Positions 9,424-17,783 of a stretch of 64,000 nt of DNA are shown here, piece after piece (the stretch's first letter is position 1; each line of letters opens with the position of its first letter). A program made the position numbers and the translations under genes. The notes under the pieces are model-generated. The model did no database searches. It saw only the letters and a program-made list of their open reading frames with translations, and was not told the origin of the DNA. The DNA comes from Candidatus Zhuqueibacterota bacterium (GTDB lineage Bacteria; BS750m-G25), in NCBI GenBank assembly GCA_016783505.1, contig JADHWK010000005.1, forward strand, positions 1,764-65,763. Direction: 5' to 3'.

Positions 9424-9519
9424 TGTGAAGTGTGAAGTTCGAAGTGAGAAGTGTAAAAATTACTGTCACTTAAAAAAAATATAACTTCGCACTCCGCATC
9501 TTAGCTCACTTCACACTTG
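9424..9519. repeat. GAAGTG hexamer array (tGAAGTGtGAAGTtcGAAGTGaGAAGTG) with distal complementary arm CTCACTTCACACTTG
   Basis: Seen directly. A second array of the same family is at 28889..28930. Both begin less than 15 nt after a plus-strand stop codon. Confidence 0.6.
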
Positions 9520-9549
9520 TTTGGGATAATACGAGCATTTTCCCTGTTC

Positions 9550-9588
9550 ATTAATGCTGGACACTCCCCATCCAGCATTAATTTTTTA
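9550..9588 (+). terminator. Rho-independent terminator candidate downstream of ahcY
   Basis: Perfect 12-bp inverted repeat ATTAATGCTGGA / TCCAGCATTAAT with a 9-nt loop, followed by TTTTTT. Confidence 0.5.
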
Positions 9589-9674
9589 CAATAGTGATGG
9601 GGGTCACGGTAAGTTAGGCGGTTTTGGGGTTATATTAAACATCGAGGAATTTTTAAGGGTTCACTTCAACAAAA

Positions 9675-9704
9675 TTAGTCGTCAGGCAATTGCCTGACGA
9701 CTAA
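9675..9704. repeat. 30-nt perfect palindrome TTAGTCGTCAGGCAA|TTGCCTGACGACTAA
   Basis: Seen directly. It lies in a 740-nt non-coding region. Confidence 0.7.
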
Positions 9705-9719
9705 TAGGTTGGTTTGTCA

Positions 9720-9775
9720 GGATAGGAATCAATTCCTATCCTAATCTTTATGAAGTAATCCCGATAAATCGGGAT
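9720..9775. repeat. Composite element: GGATAGGAATcaATTCCTATCC palindrome followed by ATCCCGAtaaaTCGGGAT hairpin and a T-run
   Basis: Seen directly. The same two-part arrangement recurs at 16174..16240. Confidence 0.6.
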
Positions 9776-10156
9776 GGGGTGTTTTGTCCAATCTAATTTA
9801 TCAGTCGGGAGCCTGACCGATTGGATTTCTAAAGAGAAGTTTAAGATGGTAATTGATTGCCATCCGATTGAAAAGACAACCACTATTAGTTTGAACTAAC
9901 ATCCGAAATAAAACGGATTTATGTTCTTTGGGCAGGTGTCCGACTGAGGTGTCATGAGTTTTTAATTTACCGGCAACCGTTATAGATATAGTTGATTTAT
10001 TGCCATTCCTGCCTCGCAAAAAGGGTCATTCCTGTCCCGCATCAAGTGCGGGATAAACTTCAGCAGGAATCCAAAACAAAGAAGAAAATGGATTCCTCCC
10101 GACAGGCCGTGACGGGAATGGCAGGCATGCAGATACTTTTTAAAATAGGCTCCGTT

Positions 10157-12217
10157 ATGAAAAAGACAATCAGAAATATGGCCTTGTTTTTCACTGGAAT
10201 CATTGGTCTTATTCTTTTGTATTCTTGTACACCCAAAGCCCCGCAAGCTCCCAAATGGGAGACCAGCTATACCCTTTCCTTAGGCGGTAGGCTTTACAAA
10301 ATGTCCGAGATCATTGATAATACCAATATCATTGATTCTACCTATAATGATGACATCCGCCTCCTCACCTTTCTCTTTGATCAGGAAATTGAGCCCTTTG
10401 AACTGGAGGAGAATTTTAACCTCGAGGATGTAGTGATTTCTTACAACTTTGGGATGGATGAGATATCCATCGAAACGCCAGGATCTATTAGGATGCCTTA
10501 CCTTCCATCACCGGTTTACCCCCCGCAATACACCTTTCCCTATACAGGAGTTGTAGATAGTCAAATGATTATAGATACCCTTTTTAATTTAAGTCCCCTT
10601 GAACGAGTTAATAAATTAGTCGTTACGAACGGGTATATTGATTTTCAGATAGATAATAATTTAAGTTTTTCTCTTAGTAGCGACTCTATTGATTCTTTAA
10701 AATATAAGATCATATTAATAGAAACCACCAATGGACAACTTATAGATTCTGTCATTTTTGATGAAATTGATCCCGATAATTCTGCTTTAGTGAGGATGGA
10801 TCTGGCGGGGGATACCCTTTATCACCAGATGGCCTTTAAAATTATGGGAGGAACAGAAGGATCTAAGGGGCAGATTATGACTATTCCGGGCTTGGAATAT
10901 TATACCTTGTCAATAGAATTTTCCCCCCAGTTTACCTCGGACTGGGCCGAGATGAGACCGCCCCCCATGTCGTTTTCCCAGCGCACCAGTCTAGACATTC
11001 AAGAAGCTGGAGAAATAGAAATACAATCCATAGATACGTGTAAAGTTGACTCGGGGTTGGTGATCATTACGGTGGAGAATAATATGAACTTGGAAGCGGA
11101 GTTGTTATTGACTTTCCCTGAGATTTATGTTGATAGTATAACTTGGTCAGTTAAGATGGACACTATTATAATGGCACCCAAAGAAACTGTGATTGATAGT
11201 GTTAATCTCAACAACCATTTCATGACACCTACTAATGGAAGGTTATTAAGCTTCCTTGTGGATGGAACCACCCAGGAGCTGCCCCCGGACAGTTTTGTTG
11301 TAGTAACCAATACGGATTCCATCAATATTGAGGTAAGGATTAAAGTTCTGATCTTCGAATGGGTCACCGGTGTTCTGGACCGCACCGAGATAGAGATTCC
11401 CTCCACCGCCCAAGGGTTCGAGGTCTTTCCCGAGGAGCTGGAGAACATTGAACTGGGAAAGGTCTATCTTCAACTGGCATTGGATAATACCATAGAGCGG
11501 ATACCCATGGAGTTGGGCTTTACAGTACAGGCCTTCCGAACCGGGGGAGACACGGCCCAGGTGGAGGTCAACAAGACGATCACAGGGGATGACACCCTCA
11601 GTGTCCCCAACGCCGAGGTCCTGATCAATGTACTTCCGGACTCGGTAAAGATCATCAACGGTCAAGCCTACATCGGCAATGGGTTGATCCGGGGCACGAT
11701 TTATGTGGGGAACTCCATGACGGGAACCATGTCCGTCATCGCCCCCTTCATCTTTAAGATGGGTCCCTCCGAACTTCCCATTGAGCCCCCCACCAAGGTG
11801 TCCAAACTGGGGGAGATGGTGGAGTCCTTAAGCATTACCGGAAGGGTGGAAAACCGGATCCCCATAGGGGGGAAGATCTATGTGCTCTTCAGTGAGAACG
11901 AAAGCTTTCTGAAGGATACGGTAGTTGTTGATTCGGTAGATACCCTTATGACCATCACCCTGCCCATGCCTATAATAGGTCCCGACAGCTTAACACAAAC
12001 AGCCAGCGTTGATACATCCATAGAGTTGACCCCCGAAGAATTTGCCCGCTTTCAAGAGCAGGACAATTACATTAAACAGATCATCGCCCTGGAAGGCACT
12101 GTTATCCGGGATTCCGTGACGGGAGTCCCCATAGATACGGTGATGGTAAAGGTCCAGAGCAGCGACTACCTGGCAGCTTATCTGACGGCCCGGGTGACGG
12201 TTAAATACGATTTCTGA
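10157..12217 (+). CDS. Large secreted lipoprotein, function unknown (686 aa)
   Basis: Signal peptide MKKTIRNMALFFTGIIGLILLYSC with lipobox Cys. The body is beta-rich. Its stop lies 4 nt before the downstream barrel gene. The ORF-track start at 9992 is probably too far upstream. Confidence 0.55.
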   Translation: MKKTIRNMALFFTGIIGLILLYSCTPKAPQAPKWETSYTLSLGGRLYKMSEIIDNTNIIDSTYNDDIRLLTFLFDQEIEPFELEENFNLEDVVISYNFGMDEISIETPGSIRMPYLPSPVYPPQYTFPYTGVVDSQMIIDTLFNLSPLERVNKLVVTNGYIDFQIDNNLSFSLSSDSIDSLKYKIILIETTNGQLIDSVIFDEIDPDNSALVRMDLAGDTLYHQMAFKIMGGTEGSKGQIMTIPGLEYYTLSIEFSPQFTSDWAEMRPPPMSFSQRTSLDIQEAGEIEIQSIDTCKVDSGLVIITVENNMNLEAELLLTFPEIYVDSITWSVKMDTIIMAPKETVIDSVNLNNHFMTPTNGRLLSFLVDGTTQELPPDSFVVVTNTDSINIEVRIKVLIFEWVTGVLDRTEIEIPSTAQGFEVFPEELENIELGKVYLQLALDNTIERIPMELGFTVQAFRTGGDTAQVEVNKTITGDDTLSVPNAEVLINVLPDSVKIINGQAYIGNGLIRGTIYVGNSMTGTMSVIAPFIFKMGPSELPIEPPTKVSKLGEMVESLSITGRVENRIPIGGKIYVLFSENESFLKDTVVVDSVDTLMTITLPMPIIGPDSLTQTASVDTSIELTPEEFARFQEQDNYIKQIIALEGTVIRDSVTGVPIDTVMVKVQSSDYLAAYLTARVTVKYDF

Positions 12218-12221
12218 TTTT

Positions 12222-13472
12222 ATGAAGACGAAGAGATTCCTGACCATTCAATTTATTTTAATCCTTCTTTACCCCGCAGGTTCTTTAGCTTATCTGGGTT
12301 TAAGCGGAAGGGCAATCGGCCTGGCGGGAAGCTACATCGCCATGGCCCGGGGTGCCGATGCCCCTCGCTGGAACCCGGCCAACCTGGGCCTTTCCGATAA
12401 TCCCGAGTATAGCTATAAATTCCTATCGTTTGGACTATATCTTGGAAACAACTCATTTTCCACTTCGCTATATAACTCATATTTTACTACTGGGGATTCG
12501 TTGACGTACCAGGACAAGCTTGACATTATGGATAATATCAGTAAGGATGGTTTGATCCTCAACCTAAATACCCGCCTAGACATTTTTAATTTTTCGGCGG
12601 GACGGTTTGCCTTTTCACTGAGCGGGGTTGAGGCGTTCAAATTATCTTTTGCCAAAGAATATTTAAGCATTGCCCTTCTGGGAAACGTGCCGGAGCGGGA
12701 CTATCGCTTTGAGACCACCGGCGGGGCGGGCTGGACCGGGCTTCAGGCCACCTTCTCCTACGCCTGGCCGCTAAGACTGCGGCTTTTCCGGGAATTTGCG
12801 GTAGGGGGGAACTTAAGCTATTTTCGGGGATTCTATTACGCTGATGCCATGGATACTAAGGGCCATTTTATTGTGCTTCCTGACTCATCCATCTTTAATA
12901 CCGAGGTGAATCTTTACACAGCAACCGGTGGAGATGGGATTTCGGTAGATCTAGGGATGGCTGGTGTGGTTAATGACCGCTGGGCGGTGGGACTTGTCCT
13001 CTTTAATGTTTTTGGTAGGGTGATCTGGGATAGTAACGTCCGAAAAATTGAGGAAGTTGTCTTTTTGAATACTAATCTTGCCAGGCCGCTGGAGGACATA
13101 TACGGTCTGGAAGAATCCTCAAGGAAGATTTCATATACCACCTCCAAGTTCCCGGTTCTGTTACGGGCCGGAGTCAGGTATGTGGCTTCTGAGACCACGG
13201 TTATCGCTGGAGACATTGAGGAGGGGTTTTCCACCCTGCCCGGAGTCACCTACATCCCCCGGTTCTCGTGCGGGGTGGACTACCAGTGGCAGTCCTGGCT
13301 TCCCCTGCGGGTAGGGGGATCTATCGGTGGATTGGAGGGATTTGAATTAGCTTTTGGCTTTGGGCTGAAGCTGCCCCGTTTTGTCTTCGATTTCGGCATC
13401 GCCGGGATTGGGGGGGTGGGCAACGGAGCCCAGGGGATCAAATTGGGAATAGATCTGGTGAGTTCAATGTAA
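12222..13472 (+). CDS. FadL-like / PorV-PorQ-like outer-membrane beta-barrel protein
   Basis: Signal peptide, then GLSGRAIGLAGSYIAMARGADAPRWNPANLGL (N-terminal G.G.R..G.GGA..A..D..A..WNPA.L motif, shared with ORFs at 32805 and 34078). Alternating amphipathic strands run to the C-terminus. Confidence 0.45.
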   Translation: MKTKRFLTIQFILILLYPAGSLAYLGLSGRAIGLAGSYIAMARGADAPRWNPANLGLSDNPEYSYKFLSFGLYLGNNSFSTSLYNSYFTTGDSLTYQDKLDIMDNISKDGLILNLNTRLDIFNFSAGRFAFSLSGVEAFKLSFAKEYLSIALLGNVPERDYRFETTGGAGWTGLQATFSYAWPLRLRLFREFAVGGNLSYFRGFYYADAMDTKGHFIVLPDSSIFNTEVNLYTATGGDGISVDLGMAGVVNDRWAVGLVLFNVFGRVIWDSNVRKIEEVVFLNTNLARPLEDIYGLEESSRKISYTTSKFPVLLRAGVRYVASETTVIAGDIEEGFSTLPGVTYIPRFSCGVDYQWQSWLPLRVGGSIGGLEGFELAFGFGLKLPRFVFDFGIAGIGGVGNGAQGIKLGIDLVSSM

Positions 13473-13483
13473 ATATCTATCCC

Positions 13484-13612
13484 AAAGCTACCGGTGGATG
13501 TTGCCCTACGGGCGGGTCATCCGCCGGAATCAAAACCCTGCTCCAAATGGTCATTGCCTACCCCCAAGTTATGTCGGGAAAGACAGCTTCCCCGACAAGC
13601 CGAGTTTAGGGT
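13484..13612. repeat. Structured direct repeat, copy A (about 125 nt, two hairpins)
   Basis: Copy A shares CCGGYGGATG..CATCCGCCGG hairpin 1, the CCCTGCTC..ATGGTCATTGCCTACCCCC..AGTT core and GTCGGGRAAGACARCTTCCCCGAC hairpin 2 with copy B at 14709. Stem mismatches in A are wobble or compensated in B. Confidence 0.7.
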
Positions 13613-13644
13613 ATTAAAAAAAGATAAGTGGGGGATGTATTAAG

Positions 13645-14673
13645 ATGAAGAGGTTAATCGTAATCGCCATCGTTTCTTTGGCCAGTATCTTCCTGTTATT
13701 ATCTATTTTATTTGGCCAAAAGGAAAAGCAGGTTGTATCAGCAGACCAACTAAAAATTGTAGCTATGAACAAATTAAGTAATATTCCTCTCCGTGCGAAG
13801 TTATTTGATTTAGAAAATTGGGCTTCTGAAGAAAGTGAAGGTAGATTTAAAGAAAAACTGATTGTAAAAACCAGTACAGATAATCAAAGCAAATGTATTC
13901 ATACAGATGATGGAATCTATAATTTACGATGGTCGCCTGACGGCAAGAAACTGGCGTTTTGCAGTCGAAACCGACAAAGCAGATTATATGGCTTATATAT
14001 ATACGATGCCGAAAAAAAGGATCTGTCAGAGATTATTCTGAAAGATGTTGGTTTTGTATTCGGTTCTTGGTCCCCGGATGGCAAAAAAATAGTCTATCGA
14101 CAAGGTTCACACATAAGTGAGTTTAAAATATTTATCTGCAATTATGATGGTTCGGACGAAAAATTTCTTACCGAAGGCTATAATCCTGTTTGGTCTCCCT
14201 CCGGGAAATACATTGCTTTTGTTAAACCTAGTTCCATAACACTGCCTTATCGTAGCTGGGAGGACCGCATTTGGATAATCAGACCGGATGGAACAGGTAA
14301 GAAACGGTTAGAGGGACCGAAAGGGCAAACGGAGCTTATCTGGTCACCGACTGATGATATATTGATTTGTGGATATTCTGGTCTCTATAATCTAAATCAA
14401 GATAGATATTATAAGTTTGATATACCGGGTGATGATTTTGCCTGGTCTCCTGATGGGAGCAAGATAATTTTTGAAGTTCCCGAATTAGCTGACGTTCAAG
14501 AGGGAGTGTTATCGGATATTGATTTATGGATAATGAATTCCGACGGCAGCGGTCTTCATAATTTAACATACAGTGATGGCATCTACGAATCAAATCCACA
14601 GTTTGTTTCTAATAATGAAATAGTGGCTATCGTAGGTGGTAAATTGACATTAATTAAACTCGGAATGAAATAA
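13645..14673 (+). CDS. PD40/TolB-like beta-propeller repeat protein with N-terminal membrane anchor
   Basis: Five WSPDG-type repeats (RWSPDGKKLAF, SWSPDGKKIVY, VWSPSGKYIAF, IWSPTDD, AWSPDGSKIIF). GC content is markedly lower than the flanks. Confidence 0.65.
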   Translation: MKRLIVIAIVSLASIFLLLSILFGQKEKQVVSADQLKIVAMNKLSNIPLRAKLFDLENWASEESEGRFKEKLIVKTSTDNQSKCIHTDDGIYNLRWSPDGKKLAFCSRNRQSRLYGLYIYDAEKKDLSEIILKDVGFVFGSWSPDGKKIVYRQGSHISEFKIFICNYDGSDEKFLTEGYNPVWSPSGKYIAFVKPSSITLPYRSWEDRIWIIRPDGTGKKRLEGPKGQTELIWSPTDDILICGYSGLYNLNQDRYYKFDIPGDDFAWSPDGSKIIFEVPELADVQEGVLSDIDLWIMNSDGSGLHNLTYSDGIYESNPQFVSNNEIVAIVGGKLTLIKLGMK

Positions 14674-14708
14674 AAATTGGGGGGATAAAATAAGTAATAA
14701 ATAATTTT

Positions 14709-14833
14709 CAAAGCTCCCGGCGGATGTTGTCATCCGCCGGCATTTAATTCCCTGCTCTCGATGGTCATTGCCTACCCCCCCAGTTTTGTCGGGGAAGACA
14801 ACTTCCCCGACGAGCTAAGGCTGATGGGTTTAA
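14709..14833. repeat. Structured direct repeat, copy B
   Basis: See copy A. Both stems are perfect here (CCGGCGGATG ttgt CATCCGCCGG; GTCGGGGAAG acaa CTTCCCCGAC). Confidence 0.7.
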
Positions 14834-14899
14834 TAAAGTGAGGAAGAGAATTTCGGGGAGATAATTTGTGTAGCCACACCAGCAAGGGTGTTTATTTAA

Positions 14900-14940
14900 T
14901 TCAAAAGGCGGTAGGGTAAAATCCTTTCCGCCTTTCTTAG
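14900..14940 (-). terminator. Terminator candidate for the lptF/G-family gene (minus strand); possibly bidirectional
   Basis: AAAGGCGG ... CCGCCTTT stem with a 16-nt loop. On the minus strand it is followed by TTTTGAATT. Confidence 0.4.
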
Positions 14941-14991
14941 TTGTCGTAAGAAGAAATATTCTTTCCTATCTTAGATTCGTGTATTTCCTGT

Positions 14992-16068
14992 TTATTTCCT
15001 GACCTTTGCGAGAAGAATCCCGCCCCCGACCCCGAAGAGGATGTTCCCCAGCCAGGCTGACAGCAGGGGGGGGAGGGTGCCGCTGTAAGCCAGAGCCCGA
15101 CCCACCTGAACCGCACCGAAGAACAGGAAGATGATGAAGATACCCAGCCCAAAGCTCAGGATCGTTCCCCCCCGGTGGCGGTGGGCGGCGATGGGGGCTC
15201 CGATCAGGACAATGATAAAGCTGGCCAGCGGAAAGGAGATTTTGAGATAGAGGTCCACCAGCCAGCGGTCTACCTTGCTGCCGGCCTGGCGCAGCCTGAG
15301 AATAAATTTCTTCAGATCTAAGTATCCCATCTCCTCAGGCTTGGTCTGCACCTTGGCCAGGTCCTGGGGACCGAAGGTGAACCCCATTCCCCGGTATTGC
15401 CGGAATCTGGTGATGGATTCGCCAGCCCGGGTAAATTCCCTCATGATGCCGTCCTTTAAGATCCAGCCATCCTTAGTCCATATCATACGGGCGGCGTCCA
15501 CTCTGCGGGTGACCAGGTTGTGCTGCACCCGTTGCAGACTGATCCCGTGGGCTATATTTTGTCCACCATCGAAATAACCGATGTGGAAGATATCGCCCCC
15601 AGTCCCTTGAAAGTAGATGTTCCCCCGGCGGGAGCTGAGCTTTTTGGAAACCTTTTCCACATAATGACGCTTAAGGTTTAGCCTCGCCTTATTCCCCGCC
15701 GGGACGGCTATCTCGGCAAAGAAGAGGGCAAAGCCACTGATCAGCAGGGAAAGGACGAGCAGGGGGAGGAAGATACGGTAGAGGCTTATCCCCCCCGCTT
15801 TCATAGCGGTGATCTCGTTGTGGTTGGCCAGCCGTCCCACCAGGAACAGGGTGGTCAGCAGGACAGCCATGGGGATTATAAGGATTAGGATGTAGGGGAT
15901 GTAATAAAGATAGTAAAGACCCACAATATTAAGGGGGACCTTATTGTCCAGGAAACGGCGGAGGTTCTCAATGAAATCAACCATCAAATAAATAATAATA
16001 AAGGCGAAGATTGTTAACATCAAGGTGGTTACAAACTGGTGGATCAGGTATTTATCTACTAATTTCAT
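14992..16068 (-). CDS. LPS export ABC permease, LptF/LptG (YjgP/YjgQ) family
   Basis: The 358-aa ORF begins MKLVDKYLIHQF..., with six-TM topology and a periplasmic insert, typical of the family. Confidence 0.8.
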   Translation of the reverse strand: MKLVDKYLIHQFVTTLMLTIFAFIIIYLMVDFIENLRRFLDNKVPLNIVGLYYLYYIPYILILIIPMAVLLTTLFLVGRLANHNEITAMKAGGISLYRIFLPLLVLSLLISGFALFFAEIAVPAGNKARLNLKRHYVEKVSKKLSSRRGNIYFQGTGGDIFHIGYFDGGQNIAHGISLQRVQHNLVTRRVDAARMIWTKDGWILKDGIMREFTRAGESITRFRQYRGMGFTFGPQDLAKVQTKPEEMGYLDLKKFILRLRQAGSKVDRWLVDLYLKISFPLASFIIVLIGAPIAAHRHRGGTILSFGLGIFIIFLFFGAVQVGRALAYSGTLPPLLSAWLGNILFGVGGGILLAKVRK

Positions 16069-16173
16069 TTTTGCTCATATTTTTGTAGTAGGGCAAAAGT
16101 GGGCTTAAAAAACCATCATCTTTTTTAGCCTTCGGTCAGGCGTCAGTCAGGTGGGCCTGTTGCAGAACTACCG

Positions 16174-16281
16174 CATAGGAATAAATTCCTATGCTAACTC
16201 TAAGAAAGTATGTTGAAATATACTGTAATCAGTCCCGAAGTTTCGGGACTTTCTTTGAGATAGCGTGATAATTTATTATCA
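16174..16281. repeat. Intergenic palindrome cluster: CATAGGAATaaATTCCTATG (16174-16193), AGTCCCGAAgtTTCGGGACT (16221-16240), TGATAATttATTATCA (16266-16281)
   Basis: Seen directly. The third element resembles a Fur-type 7-N-7 box with 2-nt spacing instead of 1. Confidence 0.55.
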
Positions 16282-16412
16282 TGCAAAGGGAAAATCAGCA
16301 ATTTCAGGGTTGTACCACAGACCCAGGTGCCTGACCCGACTGATTTGGAGTTTTTTAAAACCTTTTTATCCCTTTTGAATTCCCCACCCGAAACGGTCCC
16401 TAACAGGGGAGT

Positions 16413-17573
16413 TCACTTGTTTACTTTTTTCTTTTTCAACAGGGGTCTTCCCAGAGAAGTTCGCAGGAAAAGATAAAGCCCCAGGACCCCGACTAAGACA
16501 TTGGGAGCCCACATGGCCCAGAAGGGGCTGAGTCGGTTGCGGTCGGCCAGGTCCTCCCCAGCACCCAGGGCAATCCAGTAGATGAGGAAGAAGAGGATGC
16601 TTAAACCCCCGCTTACTCCCATGCCCGACCGGCGCACCCGCACCCCCAAGGGGGCACCTATCAACACGAAAATTAAACAGGCAAAGGGAATGGAATATTT
16701 TTTGTGAACTTCCACCATAAGCATATTGATCCGACGACGGTTCTTCTGGGGATCTTTTTTTAAGGCCCCTACCTTTTTAAGCAGCATCCTGGCGCTCTGT
16801 TCTCGATCACCCCGGTAGGAACTTTCCCGGCGCTTAAGGAGCATGCCAGGGACCTGAATGCGGATGGCGGTGCGGCCAAACCTGGTCTTCTGATAACTCC
16901 TTTTGTTCTTTTTGTTAATGCGATGGATTTCCCCGTACTCTAAGGTAAAGATAAAAACCCCATCGGTCTTTGAAAAAACCAACGACCCCTCTTCGGCCGT
17001 TAAGGTGGTTTGGGTTTTAGGATCGCTCTCATCGTAGATGGTAACATCCCAGAGCCGGGAGCTTTTGGGGTCAACCTTCTTGGCCAAGAGTACATAATTG
17101 GGAATGTCCAGTACAAAAACACCGGGCTCGATGGATAGGGTGGGCTTTTTGCGTCTGATGTCGGCCCCCAACAGCCGGGCCCGATGGTTGAAATTAGGCA
17201 GGACCGAGTTGTTAAAACCCACCACCAGCCCCGTCACAATAAGGGCGGCGGCGAAAGGGGCCACCGTCAGCCGGAAGAGGCTGATGCCACTGGCCTTGAA
17301 AGCGGTGATTTCGCCTTCGGATGCCAGCCTGCCGAAGGCCATCAACGTGGCCACTAAGACAGCCATGGGAATGGCCAGGGCCAAAATCCAGGCTAAGTTT
17401 AAAAAAAAGTATTCGGCGATCACCGAGGGATTCAACCCCTTTCCGATGATCTTACCCAGTATCTGAAAGGCGAAGTTCAGTATGAAGATGAGGCTGATGA
17501 TGACAAGGCCGTAGAAAAAGGGGGCGATGTGTTCCTTAAGAATGTAACGGTCAAGAAGCATGCCTGACCCCAA
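16413..17573 (-). CDS. LPS export ABC permease, LptF/LptG (YjgP/YjgQ) family, second paralog
   Basis: The 386-aa ORF carries MLLDRYILKEHIAPFF and ..GRLASEGEITAFKASGISLFRL, the family signature. It lies next to the other lptF/G gene. Confidence 0.8.
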   Translation of the reverse strand: MGSGMLLDRYILKEHIAPFFYGLVIISLIFILNFAFQILGKIIGKGLNPSVIAEYFFLNLAWILALAIPMAVLVATLMAFGRLASEGEITAFKASGISLFRLTVAPFAAALIVTGLVVGFNNSVLPNFNHRARLLGADIRRKKPTLSIEPGVFVLDIPNYVLLAKKVDPKSSRLWDVTIYDESDPKTQTTLTAEEGSLVFSKTDGVFIFTLEYGEIHRINKKNKRSYQKTRFGRTAIRIQVPGMLLKRRESSYRGDREQSARMLLKKVGALKKDPQKNRRRINMLMVEVHKKYSIPFACLIFVLIGAPLGVRVRRSGMGVSGGLSILFFLIYWIALGAGEDLADRNRLSPFWAMWAPNVLVGVLGLYLFLRTSLGRPLLKKKKVNK

Positions 17574-17783
17574 AGAATTTCTAATAATTTGGGAACGAAA
17601 ATTTAATATAACGATTTAATATAACAATTCAAAATTAATTTGCAAGGATTTTTTGGATTTTTTTCTTGCTATTTCATTTTTTATTTATTATCTTATTTAT
17701 GCACAAACCACATATAAGAAGGAGTGCCTATTCGAGGGAACTTGTTAACAGTTTGGCCCCCCTAAAGGGTGGCTACTGTTTGA

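Noticed and set aside
9424-9519. Possible CRISPR array suggested by the GAAGTG repeats
   Set aside because: The units are 6-7 nt with irregular 1-2-nt spacers, no 25-40-nt repeat/spacer periodicity and no cas genes. This is a microsatellite-like array, not CRISPR.
9550-9700. 49-aa ORF (ATG at 9557) running through the ahcY terminator and the 30-nt palindrome
   Set aside because: It spans a terminator hairpin and a perfect palindrome and lacks a ribosome-binding site. More likely non-coding structured DNA.
13484-14833. Calling the flanking repeats integron attC sites outright
   Set aside because: No intI gene or attI is in the window. The terminal sequences do not match the GTTRRRY / RYYYAAC cores. 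Kept only as an analogy in the findings.
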